DNA from: an uncultured delta proteobacterium
GTDB lineage: Bacteria; Myxococcota; Myxococcia; SLRQ01
Direction of reading: 5' to 3'
Length of the DNA stretch: 64,000 nucleotides
NCBI GenBank assembly: GCA_963727485.1
Contig: CAVSGM010000011.1
Coordinates: 828,501 to 892,500 of the forward strand
Each line of letters starts with the position of its first letter. The first letter of the stretch is position 1. The notes under the pieces were generated by a model. It worked only from the letters and a program-made list of their open reading frames with translations, ran no database searches and was not told where the DNA came from. A program made the position numbers and the translations under genes. This document shows positions 19,497-28,067 of this stretch, piece by piece.

Positions 19497-20978
19497 ATGT
19501 CCCCTCGTCGCCTCGCGGGGCTCGTCGCCCTTCTCACCGTCGCCGGCTGCGGCGGCGCCCACCACGCCGAGCGCTACCCCCAGGGGCTCGCCGGCAACCA
19601 CCAGACCGAGCCCGGCTACCTCGTCGTCGACTTCGACGACGGCATCTCCGAGGCCAAGGTCGACGAGCTGGAGAAGGGGTGGGGGGTGGACCTCCACTTC
19701 AACTCCATCGAGGGGCGCGAGGACGGGATCACCATCGGCCAGTACGCCGGCGACCTGGGGACGCTGCTGGCGCGCATCCGTCGGGACCCGGAGGTCGAGG
19801 CCGCCGAGCCCCTCTACCGCTACCACGCCCTGTTCACGCCCAACGATCCCGACTTCAAGTACCAGTGGCACATGAAGACCGTCCACGCCGAGGAGGCCTG
19901 GGACTACAGCCGGGGCAAGGGCGTCACCGTGGCGGTCATCGACACCGGCATCGCCTACGCCGACTACAAGCAGCAGTTCAAGCAGGTCGAGGACCTCGCG
20001 GGCGCCTCCATCGCCCCGGGGTGGGACTTCGTCCATGACCGCAAGGAGGCCCTCGACGACAACGGCCACGGGACCCACGTCGCCGGGACCATCGCCCAGG
20101 TGACCAACAACGGGGTGGGGGTCGCCGGGCTCGCCCCCGAGGCCACCCTGATGCCCCTCAAGGTCCTCTCGGCCCAGGGCGCCGGGAACAGCGCCGACAT
20201 CGCCGACGCCATCCGCTGGGCCGCCGACCACGGCGCCAACGTGATCAACATGTCGCTGGGCGGCGGGGCCTACTCGGTGGTCATGGCGAACGCGGTGAAG
20301 TACGCGGAGAACAAGGGCGTGGTCATCGTCGCCGCCGCCGGGAACAGCGGCACCGGGCACGTGAGCTACCCCGCGGCCTACAAGGGCGTCATCGCCGTGA
20401 GCGCCACCCGCTTCGACGACCAGCTCGCCCCCTACTCGAGCTGGGGCAAGCAGATCTCCCTCGCCGCGCCGGGGGGCGACAAGAACGTCGATCAGAACCA
20501 CGACGGCATGAAGGACGGGGTGCTCCAGAACACCATCGTCGCGGGCGACCCCATGAAGCAGCAGTACGCGCTCTTCCAGGGCACCTCCATGGCCTCGCCC
20601 CACGTCGCCGGGGCCGCGGCCCTGGTGATGGCCACCGGCGTCACCGATCCCGCGGCGGTGAAGGAGGCCCTCTTCTCCACCGCCCGGAAGGTCCACGGCC
20701 GCACCGGCTGGGACCAGAAGTACGGCTTCGGGGTCCTCGACGCCGGCGCCGCGGTGAAGGACGCCAAGGAGGAGACCGGCCTGTGGCGGCTGGCCGCCGC
20801 CTTCCTGGTCGCCGGGCTCCTCTTCCTCAAGGGCCGCAAGGGCCCGGGCGGGGCCCTGGGCTCGCCGGTGCTGCGGCCCTCGTTCCTGGTGGCGCTCCTC
20901 CTCACCTCCGCCGGGCTCTTCTTCCTCCCGGCGCTGGCCCCTGGTTCCAGGGGATGCGCGCCGCCTCGACCCCCCTGA
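19497..20978 (+). CDS. S8 family (subtilisin-like) serine peptidase, lipoprotein, with a C-terminal membrane region
   Basis: The lipobox is LLTVAGC. The catalytic triad contexts are VAVIDTGI, HGTHVAGTIA and GTSMASPHVAG. GGAGG lies upstream of the ATG. The C-terminal TM helices appear to continue in another frame (see the next feature). Confidence 0.85.
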   Translation: MSPRRLAGLVALLTVAGCGGAHHAERYPQGLAGNHQTEPGYLVVDFDDGISEAKVDELEKGWGVDLHFNSIEGREDGITIGQYAGDLGTLLARIRRDPEVEAAEPLYRYHALFTPNDPDFKYQWHMKTVHAEEAWDYSRGKGVTVAVIDTGIAYADYKQQFKQVEDLAGASIAPGWDFVHDRKEALDDNGHGTHVAGTIAQVTNNGVGVAGLAPEATLMPLKVLSAQGAGNSADIADAIRWAADHGANVINMSLGGGAYSVVMANAVKYAENKGVVIVAAAGNSGTGHVSYPAAYKGVIAVSATRFDDQLAPYSSWGKQISLAAPGGDKNVDQNHDGMKDGVLQNTIVAGDPMKQQYALFQGTSMASPHVAGAAALVMATGVTDPAAVKEALFSTARKVHGRTGWDQKYGFGVLDAGAAVKDAKEETGLWRLAAAFLVAGLLFLKGRKGPGGALGSPVLRPSFLVALLLTSAGLFFLPALAPGSRGCAPPRPP

Positions 20979-21304
20979 TGGACTGGGGGCTCCTGGCCTT
21001 CGGCGCCGGGGGCCACGCCAACCCCCTGGGGTGGAGCGCCATCCTCCCCTTCGTCCTGGCCCTCTTCCTCTTCCAGGTGAAGGCCCTGCGCCCGGCGCTG
21101 GCCGGGATCGCCGCCGGGGCCGCGGCGTTCCTCCTCCAGTCGCTGTTCAGCGCCGACGCCGACGTGGTCCTCATCCCCGGACGCTTCCTCGACGGGGTGT
21201 GGCTCTTCGTGAACGCCGCCGCGGCGATGCTCCTCGCCTGGACCCTGACCCGCCGCGAGCCCGCCGCCGTGCCGGTCGCCCCGGCCTCCAAGGAGTCTCC
21301 ATGA
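20954..21304 (+). CDS. Membrane protein with 3 TM helices. It may be the frameshifted C-terminus of the S8 peptidase.
   Basis: The ORF frame is open from 20783, and ATG 20954 overlaps the S8 stop region. The hydrophobic helices are ILPFVLALFLF, LAGIAAGAAAFLL and VWLFVNAAAAMLLAW. Confidence 0.45.
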   Translation: MRAASTPLMDWGLLAFGAGGHANPLGWSAILPFVLALFLFQVKALRPALAGIAAGAAAFLLQSLFSADADVVLIPGRFLDGVWLFVNAAAAMLLAWTLTRREPAAVPVAPASKESP

Positions 21305-21522
21305 GCCAGAAGCTCTCCGGCACCGTGACCTACCAGGACCTCGAGGGCGGCCTGTGGCTCCTCGTCGGCGACGACGGGGTGCGCTACCAAATCGCCGGGG
21401 GCGACGACGGCCTCCGGAAGGACGGCCAGCGGGTCGAGGTCGAGGGCGAGGTCGCCGAGGACATGATGTCCATCGGCATGGCCGGACCCATCTTCAAGGT
21501 CCGGCGCTACCAGCGCGGCTGA
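21301..21522 (+). CDS. Small hypothetical protein (73 aa)
   Basis: ATG 21301 overlaps the preceding stop (ATGA). The sequence MSQKLSGTVTYQDLEGGLWLLVGDDGVRYQI looks like coding sequence with normal GC3 bias. Confidence 0.45.
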   Translation: MSQKLSGTVTYQDLEGGLWLLVGDDGVRYQIAGGDDGLRKDGQRVEVEGEVAEDMMSIGMAGPIFKVRRYQRG

Positions 21523-21526
21523 GCCC

Positions 21527-22513
21527 TCAGGCCCCGGCCCGGGAGAGCTTCCAGACCACCGCGCCGGTGGCGCCCACCAGCAGCAGCACCGTCAGGGCCG
21601 CCAGGATCATCAGGCTGATGGCCTCGGGGGAGCCCCCTCGCAGGCGCACCGGCGCGTCGGGATCCAGGCGGTGGAGGGGCCGGACCTCGGCGGCGGGCAG
21701 GCGCCGGGACAGGGCCACCACCAAGGGCAGGCCGAGGAGGAGCCCCAGGCCCATGAGGCCGAAGAGCCCCCGCAGGCTCCCCGCCGGGGCCGAGGAGGCG
21801 CTGGCGAGGCTCCCGCCCCCGGCGATGAGGAAGAGCACCGCGGCGACGCCGTTGTTCACCGCGTGGGCGAGCATCGAGGCCCAGAGGCTCCCGGTGCGCA
21901 GGTAGAGCCAGCCGAAGAGGATGCCGAGCTCCACCCGGGGGAGGAAGCCGATGGGATCCAGGTGCAGGGCCGAGAAGGCCACCGCGGTGATGCCGATGCC
22001 CCACGCCGGGCCCAGGCGCGCCACCAGGGGCTGCTGGAGGAAGCCCCGGAAGACCGTCTCCTCGCACAGGGGCGCCACGAAGACCACCGCCACCAGCACC
22101 AGGCCCAGGCGCCAGCCGTGGACCAGGGTGAGGATCTTGGAGACGTCGACGAGGTGCCAGCTCTGGGGCAGGACCTGGTCGAGGAGGCCCATGCCCCCGG
22201 CGGCGAGGACGTAGTTCGCCGCGGAGACGGCGAGGACCAGCGCCAGGGTGGTGCCGGCCAGCCGTCGGGTCAGCCCCAGGTGTCGGAGGGGGGCCAGGTT
22301 GTAGGCCCGGAGGAAGAGGACCGCCGGGACGAAGAAGAGGCCCAGCTCGCTGAACCACACCCCGAAGGCCAGGTCGAGGTACTGGGACAGGCCCCCGAGC
22401 ACCAGGTAGGTGATGGCCATGACCACGAAGTAGGCCGAGACCGGCCCGGCGAGCTCGGAGAGGTCGTGGAGGCCCGGCTCGGGCCCGGTGGCGGGGTGCG
22501 GGGGATCGACCAT
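21527..22513 (-). CDS. CPBP family intramembrane glutamic endopeptidase (CAAX protease-like)
   Basis: Motifs: CEETVFRGF (EExxxR), FSALH and MLAHAVNN. There are multiple TM helices. The start is ATG 22513. The rest of the 1159-aa ORF is shadow. Confidence 0.8.
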   Translation of the reverse strand: MVDPPHPATGPEPGLHDLSELAGPVSAYFVVMAITYLVLGGLSQYLDLAFGVWFSELGLFFVPAVLFLRAYNLAPLRHLGLTRRLAGTTLALVLAVSAANYVLAAGGMGLLDQVLPQSWHLVDVSKILTLVHGWRLGLVLVAVVFVAPLCEETVFRGFLQQPLVARLGPAWGIGITAVAFSALHLDPIGFLPRVELGILFGWLYLRTGSLWASMLAHAVNNGVAAVLFLIAGGGSLASASSAPAGSLRGLFGLMGLGLLLGLPLVVALSRRLPAAEVRPLHRLDPDAPVRLRGGSPEAISLMILAALTVLLLVGATGAVVWKLSRAGA

Positions 22514-22521
22514 CGGCGCAA

Positions 22522-22530
22522 AAAGTAGCA
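22522..22530 (-). promoter_or_regulatory. Extended -10 box TGcTACTTT, 8 nt upstream of ATG 22513
   Basis: The plus strand has aaagtagca at 22522-22530. There is no Shine-Dalgarno sequence. Confidence 0.4.
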
Positions 22531-22564
22531 CGCGGAGGTGCAACGCGCCGCCCGCTGACTCGTA

Positions 22565-22573
22565 TGGTAGACC
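22565..22573 (+). promoter_or_regulatory. Extended -10 box TGgTAGACC, 6 nt upstream of ATG 22580
   Basis: Read directly. There is no Shine-Dalgarno sequence between the box and the start. Confidence 0.4.
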
Positions 22574-22579
22574 ACAGCC

Positions 22580-23695
22580 ATGGCTGACACGGTCGCGAGG
22601 GCAGGGCGGGTGCTCGTCGTGGACGACGAGGAGGGCGTCCGCGTCATCCTCCGGACCGTCCTCGAGACCCGGGAGCTCGAGGTGGTCGAGGCCCAGAGCG
22701 CCACCGAGGCCCTGGCCCAGGTGGCACCGGGGGCCTTCGACCTGGCGGTGGTCGACAAGAACCTCCCCGACCGCTCGGGCCTCACGCTCCTGGCCGACCT
22801 GAAGCAGACGGACCCGGACCTGGAGGTGGCCATCGTCACCGGCTACGCCTCCCTGGACGCGGCCATCGAGGCGCTCCGGGCCGGGGCCGGCGACTTCCTC
22901 CTCAAGCCCTTCGAGGACGTGCGGATCCTGGGCGACAAGCTCGCCGCCGGCCTCGAGCGGGGCCGCTCCGCCCGCGCCCGGACCGCGGCCCTGGCGGCGG
23001 CCCGGGACGCGGCCGAGGCCCGGGAGGCCGACCGCCGGGCGCTCCTGGCCGAGGTGGCCCACGACCTGCGCACGCCCCTGACCACCATCCAGGGCTACCT
23101 CGATCTCCTCGAGCAGCCGGTGCCGCCCGACACCGTGGCGCGCTACCTGGCGGTGGTCCGCAGCCAGGCCCGGCGCCTGGCCCGCCTCACCGAGGACGTG
23201 GGGTACCTGGTCCGGGCGAGCGAGGGGCGGGCGAGGCTCAAGCGCCTCGCCTGGCCGGTGGAGGAGGTCCTCGACGGCGCCCTCGACGAGATGCGCCCCC
23301 TCTACGGGCAGGCCGGGGTCCACCTGGACCGGAGCCTGGCCGAGGACCTCGGGGAGGTGGACTGCGACCGGGACCGGGTCCTCCAGGTCCTCACCAACCT
23401 GATGGGCAACGCCCTGAAGTTCTCCCCGGAGGGGACGCGGGTGACCGTCTCCGCCGAGGGGTGGCACGGGGGCGTGGTGTTCTCGGTGGCCGACCAGGGG
23501 CGCGGGGTGCCGGCCTCGGCCCGGGAGCGCATCTTCGAGCGCTACCACACCAAGGATCCCTCCGGGCGGGGGCAGGGCCTGGGGCTGGCGATCTCCAAGG
23601 CCATCGTCGACGCCCACGGCGGGCGCATCTGGGTCGACGACGCCGACGGGGGCGGGGCGGTGTTCTCCTTCCTCCTCCCGGGCCGGGCGCCTTGA
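22580..23695 (+). CDS. Hybrid response regulator / histidine kinase (REC-HisKA-HATPase_c)
   Basis: The REC domain reads VLVVDDE ... DLAVVDKNLPDRSG ... FLLKPF. The H-box is EVAHDLRTPL. The N/G boxes are NLMGNALKF, DQGRGV and GLGLAISK. Confidence 0.85.
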   Translation: MADTVARAGRVLVVDDEEGVRVILRTVLETRELEVVEAQSATEALAQVAPGAFDLAVVDKNLPDRSGLTLLADLKQTDPDLEVAIVTGYASLDAAIEALRAGAGDFLLKPFEDVRILGDKLAAGLERGRSARARTAALAAARDAAEAREADRRALLAEVAHDLRTPLTTIQGYLDLLEQPVPPDTVARYLAVVRSQARRLARLTEDVGYLVRASEGRARLKRLAWPVEEVLDGALDEMRPLYGQAGVHLDRSLAEDLGEVDCDRDRVLQVLTNLMGNALKFSPEGTRVTVSAEGWHGGVVFSVADQGRGVPASARERIFERYHTKDPSGRGQGLGLAISKAIVDAHGGRIWVDDADGGGAVFSFLLPGRAP

Positions 23696-23732
23696 CGGCG
23701 GCCCCCCGCGGGGCCAGACTCTCGCGGAACTT

Positions 23733-23748
23733 TTGACTGAAGAGTCAA
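23733..23748. promoter_or_regulatory. AT-rich perfect palindrome TTGACT-GAAG-AGTCAA upstream of the thiolase gene (candidate operator, or an overlapping -35 box)
   Basis: Read directly. It lies 20 nt upstream of ATG 23768 in otherwise GC-rich DNA. Confidence 0.3.
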
Positions 23749-23767
23749 CCAGCGACAGGAGCCGGTC

Positions 23768-24934
23768 ATGGCCGAAGCGGTGATCCTCGACGCGGTGCGG
23801 ACCGCCCGGGGCAAGAAGAAGAACGGCAGCCTCCACGGCGTCCACCCCATGGACCTCGCGGCCCACGTCTACAACGCGGCCCTCGAGCGCACCGGCGTCG
23901 ACCCCATGACCGTCGACGACGTGATCATGGGCTGCGTGACCCAGGTCGGCGAGCAGGGGATGAACATCGGCCGGGGCGCGGTGCTGGCCTCGGGGATGCC
24001 CGTCGAGGTCGCCGGGGCCACGGTGAACCGCTTCTGCGGCTCGGGCCTCCAGGCGGTGAATCAGGGCGCCCAGGCGATCATGTCGGGGATGATGGACCTG
24101 GTCCTCGCCGGGGGCATCGAGTCCATGAGCCGGGTGCCCATGGGCTCGGACGCCATGGGCCCGGGGAAGGGTCCGGCGTCGCCGGGGCTCCTGAAGCACT
24201 TCCCGAACCTGGTGCCCCAGGGCGTCAGCGCCGAGATGATCGCCGAGAAGTGGAAGCTCACCCGCGACGACGTCGACGGCTTCGCCCTCATGAGCCAGGA
24301 GCGGGCGGCGAACGCCATCGAGAAGGGCTACTTCAAGAACGAGATCGTCCCGGTGGAGGTCGAAGGCGAGGACGGCACCAGGCGGATGTTCGATCGCGAC
24401 GAGCACGCCCGGCCCGGGACCACCCGCGAGGCCCTCGGCGGCCTGCCCACGGTGTTCAAGAAGGACGGCGTCATCACCGCCGGCAACAGCTCGGGGATCG
24501 TCGACGGCGCCGCGGTGGTCACCCTGGCCTCCGCCGAGCGCGCCAAGGCCCTCGGGATCAAGCCCCGGGCGAAGATCGTGTCCATGAGCGTGGTGGGCTC
24601 GGATCCGGTGCTGATGCTCACCGGCCCCATCCCCGCCGTGGGCAAGGCGCTGAAGAAGGCCGGGCTCACCATCGACGACATCGACCTCATCGAGATCAAC
24701 GAGGCCTTCGCGCCGGTGCCCATCGTCACCGCCAGGGAGACCGGGATGTCGATGGACAGGATCAACGTCAACGGCGGCGCCATCGCCCTGGGCCACCCGC
24801 TGGGGGCCACCGGCGCCATCCTGGTGGCCACGGTCTTGAACGAGCTCGAGCGCCGGGACCTGCGCCGGGGCCTGGTGACCCTGTGCATCGGCTACGGCAT
24901 GGGCATCGCCACCATCATCGACCGGGACGTCTAG
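23768..24934 (+). CDS. Acetyl-CoA C-acyltransferase (thiolase)
   Basis: Motifs: NRFCGSGLQAV (nucleophilic Cys), NEAFA, GGAIALGHPLGATG and CIGYGMG. AGGAG lies 6 nt upstream of the ATG. Confidence 0.92.
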   Translation: MAEAVILDAVRTARGKKKNGSLHGVHPMDLAAHVYNAALERTGVDPMTVDDVIMGCVTQVGEQGMNIGRGAVLASGMPVEVAGATVNRFCGSGLQAVNQGAQAIMSGMMDLVLAGGIESMSRVPMGSDAMGPGKGPASPGLLKHFPNLVPQGVSAEMIAEKWKLTRDDVDGFALMSQERAANAIEKGYFKNEIVPVEVEGEDGTRRMFDRDEHARPGTTREALGGLPTVFKKDGVITAGNSSGIVDGAAVVTLASAERAKALGIKPRAKIVSMSVVGSDPVLMLTGPIPAVGKALKKAGLTIDDIDLIEINEAFAPVPIVTARETGMSMDRINVNGGAIALGHPLGATGAILVATVLNELERRDLRRGLVTLCIGYGMGIATIIDRDV

Positions 24935-25047
24935 GGGGCCTGGCCGGCCCGGGGCCCCGCGGGGTTCCGCCCGGCTGCGCTTCGCAATAGGATCTGTGGC
25001 GGCCACGCCTCGGCGGCGCGGCCGCCTTTTTCGATCAAGGAGCAGCG

Positions 25048-26423
25048 ATGGTGTCCGTGACCCTGAGGATGTTGGCGCTCGTGGGGGTCGTCGCGGTGGC
25101 CGCCCCGGCCCTGGCCCAGGCGGCGGCGAAGGTGCCCGACGCGGCGGTGCAGGCGAAGGCCCAGGGCGACCAGTTCGCCCAGGCGGGGAACCTCCAGGCC
25201 GCCAAGGCGGCGTACGAGAAGGCGCTCAAGGCCGACCCCTCCTACGCCCTCGCCCACAACGAGCTGGGGACGACGTTCTTCAAGCTCGGGCGGCCCGCGC
25301 GCGCCATCGAGGAGTTCCAGGCGGCGGTGGGGTCGGACCCGAGCTACGCCACCGCCTGGTTCAACCTCGCCTACGCGGCGCGGAAGGCCAAGCGGTGGCC
25401 GGTGGCCATCGACGCCTACCGCAAGTACACGGCGCTCAAGCCCGACGACGCCGACGCCTGGTACGGCCTCGCCCAGTCCCTCGAGGCCAGCGGCGACAAG
25501 GCCGGCGCCGCCACCGCCTACGACGCCTACGCCGCCCACGAGCACCGCCCGAACCAGCAGCAGTGGGTCGCCAAGGCGAAGCAGAAGGCCCAGGCCCTGC
25601 GCCAGGAGGTCGCCCAGGCGGCGCAGGCGAAGCAGGCCGCCCAGGCGCAGCGGCAGCAGGGCAGGCGCAGCAGCAGCAGGCGGCGCAAGCGAGCCAGCGG
25701 CAGGCCGCCCCGGCGAACCAGCAGGCCCAGGCCGACGTGGCCGAAGGCGATCGGAAGATGAAGGCCAAGGACTACGCCGGCGCCACCGCCGCCTATGAGT
25801 CGGCGGTGCGGCTGGCGCCCAAGGACGTCGAGGCCCACTACAAGCTCGGCTACGCCTACGCCCTCGGCGGTCAGCTGGCCAAGGCGGTCCCCGAGTGGCA
25901 GACGGTGGTGCGCCTCGACCCGAACAACGCCGGGGCCAAGAAGAACATCGCGGTGGCGCAGAAGCGGCTCGACGCCCAGCGGAAGCAGGCGGCCCAGGCC
26001 CAGGCCCGGTCCCAGGCGGGGCAGGGCGGGGGACAGCAGGCCCCGGCCGGGGGCAAGGCCGCGGCGCGGAAGGCCTACGAGGACGGGGTGCGCCTCATCA
26101 ACGCCCGGAAGTACGGCGAGGCGGTCACCGCCCTGAGCCGCGCGATCCAGGACGACCCGACCCTGGCGGTGGCCTGGATCGCCCGGGGCAGCGCCTACGT
26201 GGGCGTGCGCCGGTACCACGAGGCCATCCAGGACTACGAGAAGGGCCACCAGCTCGCCCCGCAGATGGCCTCGCCCCTCTTCGGCCTCGGGGAGGCCCAC
26301 CGGGCCCTCGGCGAGAACGCCGACGCGGCGAAGTACTACGGGCAGTACGCCGAGAGCCACGCCCGGGACGCCGACGCGCACCTCCAGGACCTGGCCCGGC
26401 AGTGGGCCGCCCGGCTGCGCTGA
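25048..26423 (+). CDS. Secreted TPR-repeat protein whose reading frame is interrupted near 25660
   Basis: AAGGAG and ATG 25048 are followed by a signal peptide and TPR repeats that end in the Q/A-rich stretch AQAQRQQ. The same Q/A-rich text and more TPR repeats continue in the frame of ORF 24996..26423. A 1-nt change in the GGG run at 25659-25661 joins the two parts. Confidence 0.7.
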
Positions 26424-26442
26424 GCCCGGGCCCTGAAACACG

Positions 26443-26473
26443 AGAGGCCGAGGCGACGCGCGCCTCGGCCTCT
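26443..26473 (+). terminator. Putative intrinsic terminator hairpin downstream of the TPR gene
   Basis: The stem is a perfect 13 bp, AGAGGCCGAGGCG / CGCCTCGGCCTCT, with a 5-nt loop. It starts 20 nt after the TGA at 26421-26423. No U-tract follows it. Confidence 0.45.
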
Positions 26474-26670
26474 CCCCTCTCCCGGCCGCGGGGGTTGCCC
26501 GCGACCTGCGTCCCCCTTTGAGCAAAGGGCGGACCAGACGTCCAGCCCCTTGGAATCATTGGAATGGGCCCGGCTCCGGGCCCGGCACCCGACGCCAAAC
26601 CGCGACATCGGCGTCAGGGTGCGTCGGGACCTGCGCAGCCAGGCGCCGCCGAAGCCCCTCGCCCAGCCGG

Positions 26671-27042
26671 CTACCGCCTGGCGGGCTTCTTGTGGCCCCG
26701 GTGACAGGTCCAGCAGGTCACCTTCTCGGCCTTGGGGAAGTTGAGGAACTGCCCGTTGATGGCGTGGACCATCTTCATCATGTGCCGGGCGGCCATCTTG
26801 GGCTTCTTGGTGTCCGAGTCGAAGTGGTGCTTCACGTGGCAGAACTCGCACTTCACGCCCAGGGACTTGGAGACCCCCTTCATGACCTTCTTGATCTGGT
26901 CCTTGGAGATGTCCTTGGGGAGGATCTTGAGGTTCTTGGCGTGCCAGGCGTCGTCGGCGCGGACCGCCCGGGGGGCGGCGAGCAGCCCGCCGACGCCGAG
27001 GGCTGCGAGGAGCGTGACGAGAGTGAGGTGGGTCTTGAGCAT
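26671..27042 (-). CDS. Small periplasmic c-type cytochrome
   Basis: The start is ATG 27042, preceded by AGGAG. There is a signal peptide MLKTHLTLVTLLAALGVGGLLAAP and two CxxCH motifs (CEFCH, CWTCH). Confidence 0.7.
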   Translation of the reverse strand: MLKTHLTLVTLLAALGVGGLLAAPRAVRADDAWHAKNLKILPKDISKDQIKKVMKGVSKSLGVKCEFCHVKHHFDSDTKKPKMAARHMMKMVHAINGQFLNFPKAEKVTCWTCHRGHKKPARR

Positions 27043-27104
27043 GTGAAACTCCTGGGTGAGTGGGTGGAGATCCCATACCACAGGGTCCCGGGGCGGGCGC
27101 GGCG

Positions 27105-27133
27105 TTGCGGCTTGCCGGTGCGGGCGGTAGACC
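27105..27133 (+). promoter_or_regulatory. Promoter TTGCGG-N17-TAGACC, 7 nt upstream of ATG 27141 (leaderless arrangement)
   Basis: The hexamers lie at 27105-27110 and 27128-27133. Confidence 0.45.
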
Positions 27134-27140
27134 ATCCCCG

Positions 27141-28067
27141 ATGCCCACCGCCGACTTCGACTCCCCGGACGCCGTCGCCGCCGCCCTCGCCGCCGCCGGC
27201 TACCTCCCCTCCACGGGGATCGCCACCTCGGTCTTCCTCGCCGACCACCTGGAGAAGCCCATCCTCGTCGAGGGCCCGGCCGGGGTGGGGAAGACCGAGC
27301 TCGCCCGGGCGCTCGCCCGGGCCACCGGCCGCGAGCTGGTGAGGCTCCAGTGCTACGAGGGCCTCGACGAGGCCAAGGCCCTCTACGAGTGGGCCTACGG
27401 CAAGCAGCTGCTCTACACCCAGCTCCTCAAGGAGAAGATCGACGAGATCGTCGCCGGGACGCACGGCTTCCAGGAGGCCGTCGACCGGGTGAGCGAGGTG
27501 GAGGAGGTCTTCTTCAGCGAGCGCTTCCTCCTGGCCCGCCCGCTCCTCAAGGCCCTGCGCAGCGAGACCCCGGCGGTGCTCCTGGTGGACGAGGTCGACA
27601 AGTCGGACCCCGAGTTCGAGGCGATGCTCCTCGAGGTGCTCTCCGACTTCGCGGTCACCGTCCCCGAGATCGGCACCATCGTCGCCGCCCATAGGCCCCG
27701 GGTGATCCTGACGTCGAACAACGTCCGGGAGATGAGCGACGCCCTCAAGCGCCGGTGCCTGCACCTGTTCATCGACTACCCCGACCCCGAGCGCGAGCGC
27801 GCGATCCTCCACCAGCACGTGCCGGACCTCGGCGCGCGCCTGGCCCAGGAGATCGTCGAGGTGGTCGACCGGGTGCGGCGCCTCGACCTCAAGAAGGCGC
27901 CCTCGGTGAGCGAGAGCATCGACTGGGCGCGGGCGCTGATGGCGCTGGGCGCCGAGCACCTCGACCCCGAGCTCGTGGACCGGACCCTGGACGTGATCCT
28001 CAAGTACCAGGGCGACCTGGAGCGGGCCCGGGAGGCGCTGGCCGACGCCAAGGGCAGCTACACGTAG
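27141..28067 (+). CDS. MoxR-family AAA+ ATPase
   Basis: Motifs: Walker A GPAGVGKT, Walker B LLVDEVDK, and QCYEGLDEAKALYEWAY. The start is ATG 27141, 7 nt downstream of a TAGACC -10 box. Confidence 0.88.
   Translation: MPTADFDSPDAVAAALAAAGYLPSTGIATSVFLADHLEKPILVEGPAGVGKTELARALARATGRELVRLQCYEGLDEAKALYEWAYGKQLLYTQLLKEKIDEIVAGTHGFQEAVDRVSEVEEVFFSERFLLARPLLKALRSETPAVLLVDEVDKSDPEFEAMLLEVLSDFAVTVPEIGTIVAAHRPRVILTSNNVREMSDALKRRCLHLFIDYPDPERERAILHQHVPDLGARLAQEIVEVVDRVRRLDLKKAPSVSESIDWARALMALGAEHLDPELVDRTLDVILKYQGDLERAREALADAKGSYT

Noticed and set aside
22514-25006. The upstream 830 codons of the 1159-aa minus ORF 21527..25006
   Set aside because: Only the last 328 codons (the CPBP protease) look real. 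The rest is antisense to the well-supported hybrid kinase and thiolase genes and translates to Gly/Asp/His/Pro-rich shadow text.
26550-26565. Direct repeat TTGGAAT-CA-TTGGAAT considered as a sigma54 (-24/-12) promoter or a regulator binding site
   Set aside because: It does not fit TGGCAC-N5-TTGC. It also lies downstream of both convergent genes, so it has no gene to drive. I kept it only as an unexplained AT-rich oddity.
26566-26615. GGGCCCGG-CT-CCGGGCCC palindrome and GACGCC...GGCGTC hairpin as terminators for the small cytochrome gene
   Set aside because: This is plausible, but the first has a 2-nt loop and both lie 55-105 nt from the stop with no U-tract. The support is not enough to call a feature.
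26424-26670. Search for tRNA or small RNA genes in the larger intergenic gaps (26424-26670, 51594-51789, 19335-19496)
   Set aside because: I could not see a cloverleaf-compatible arm pattern or a conserved T-loop (GTTCRANYC). No RNA gene is claimed.
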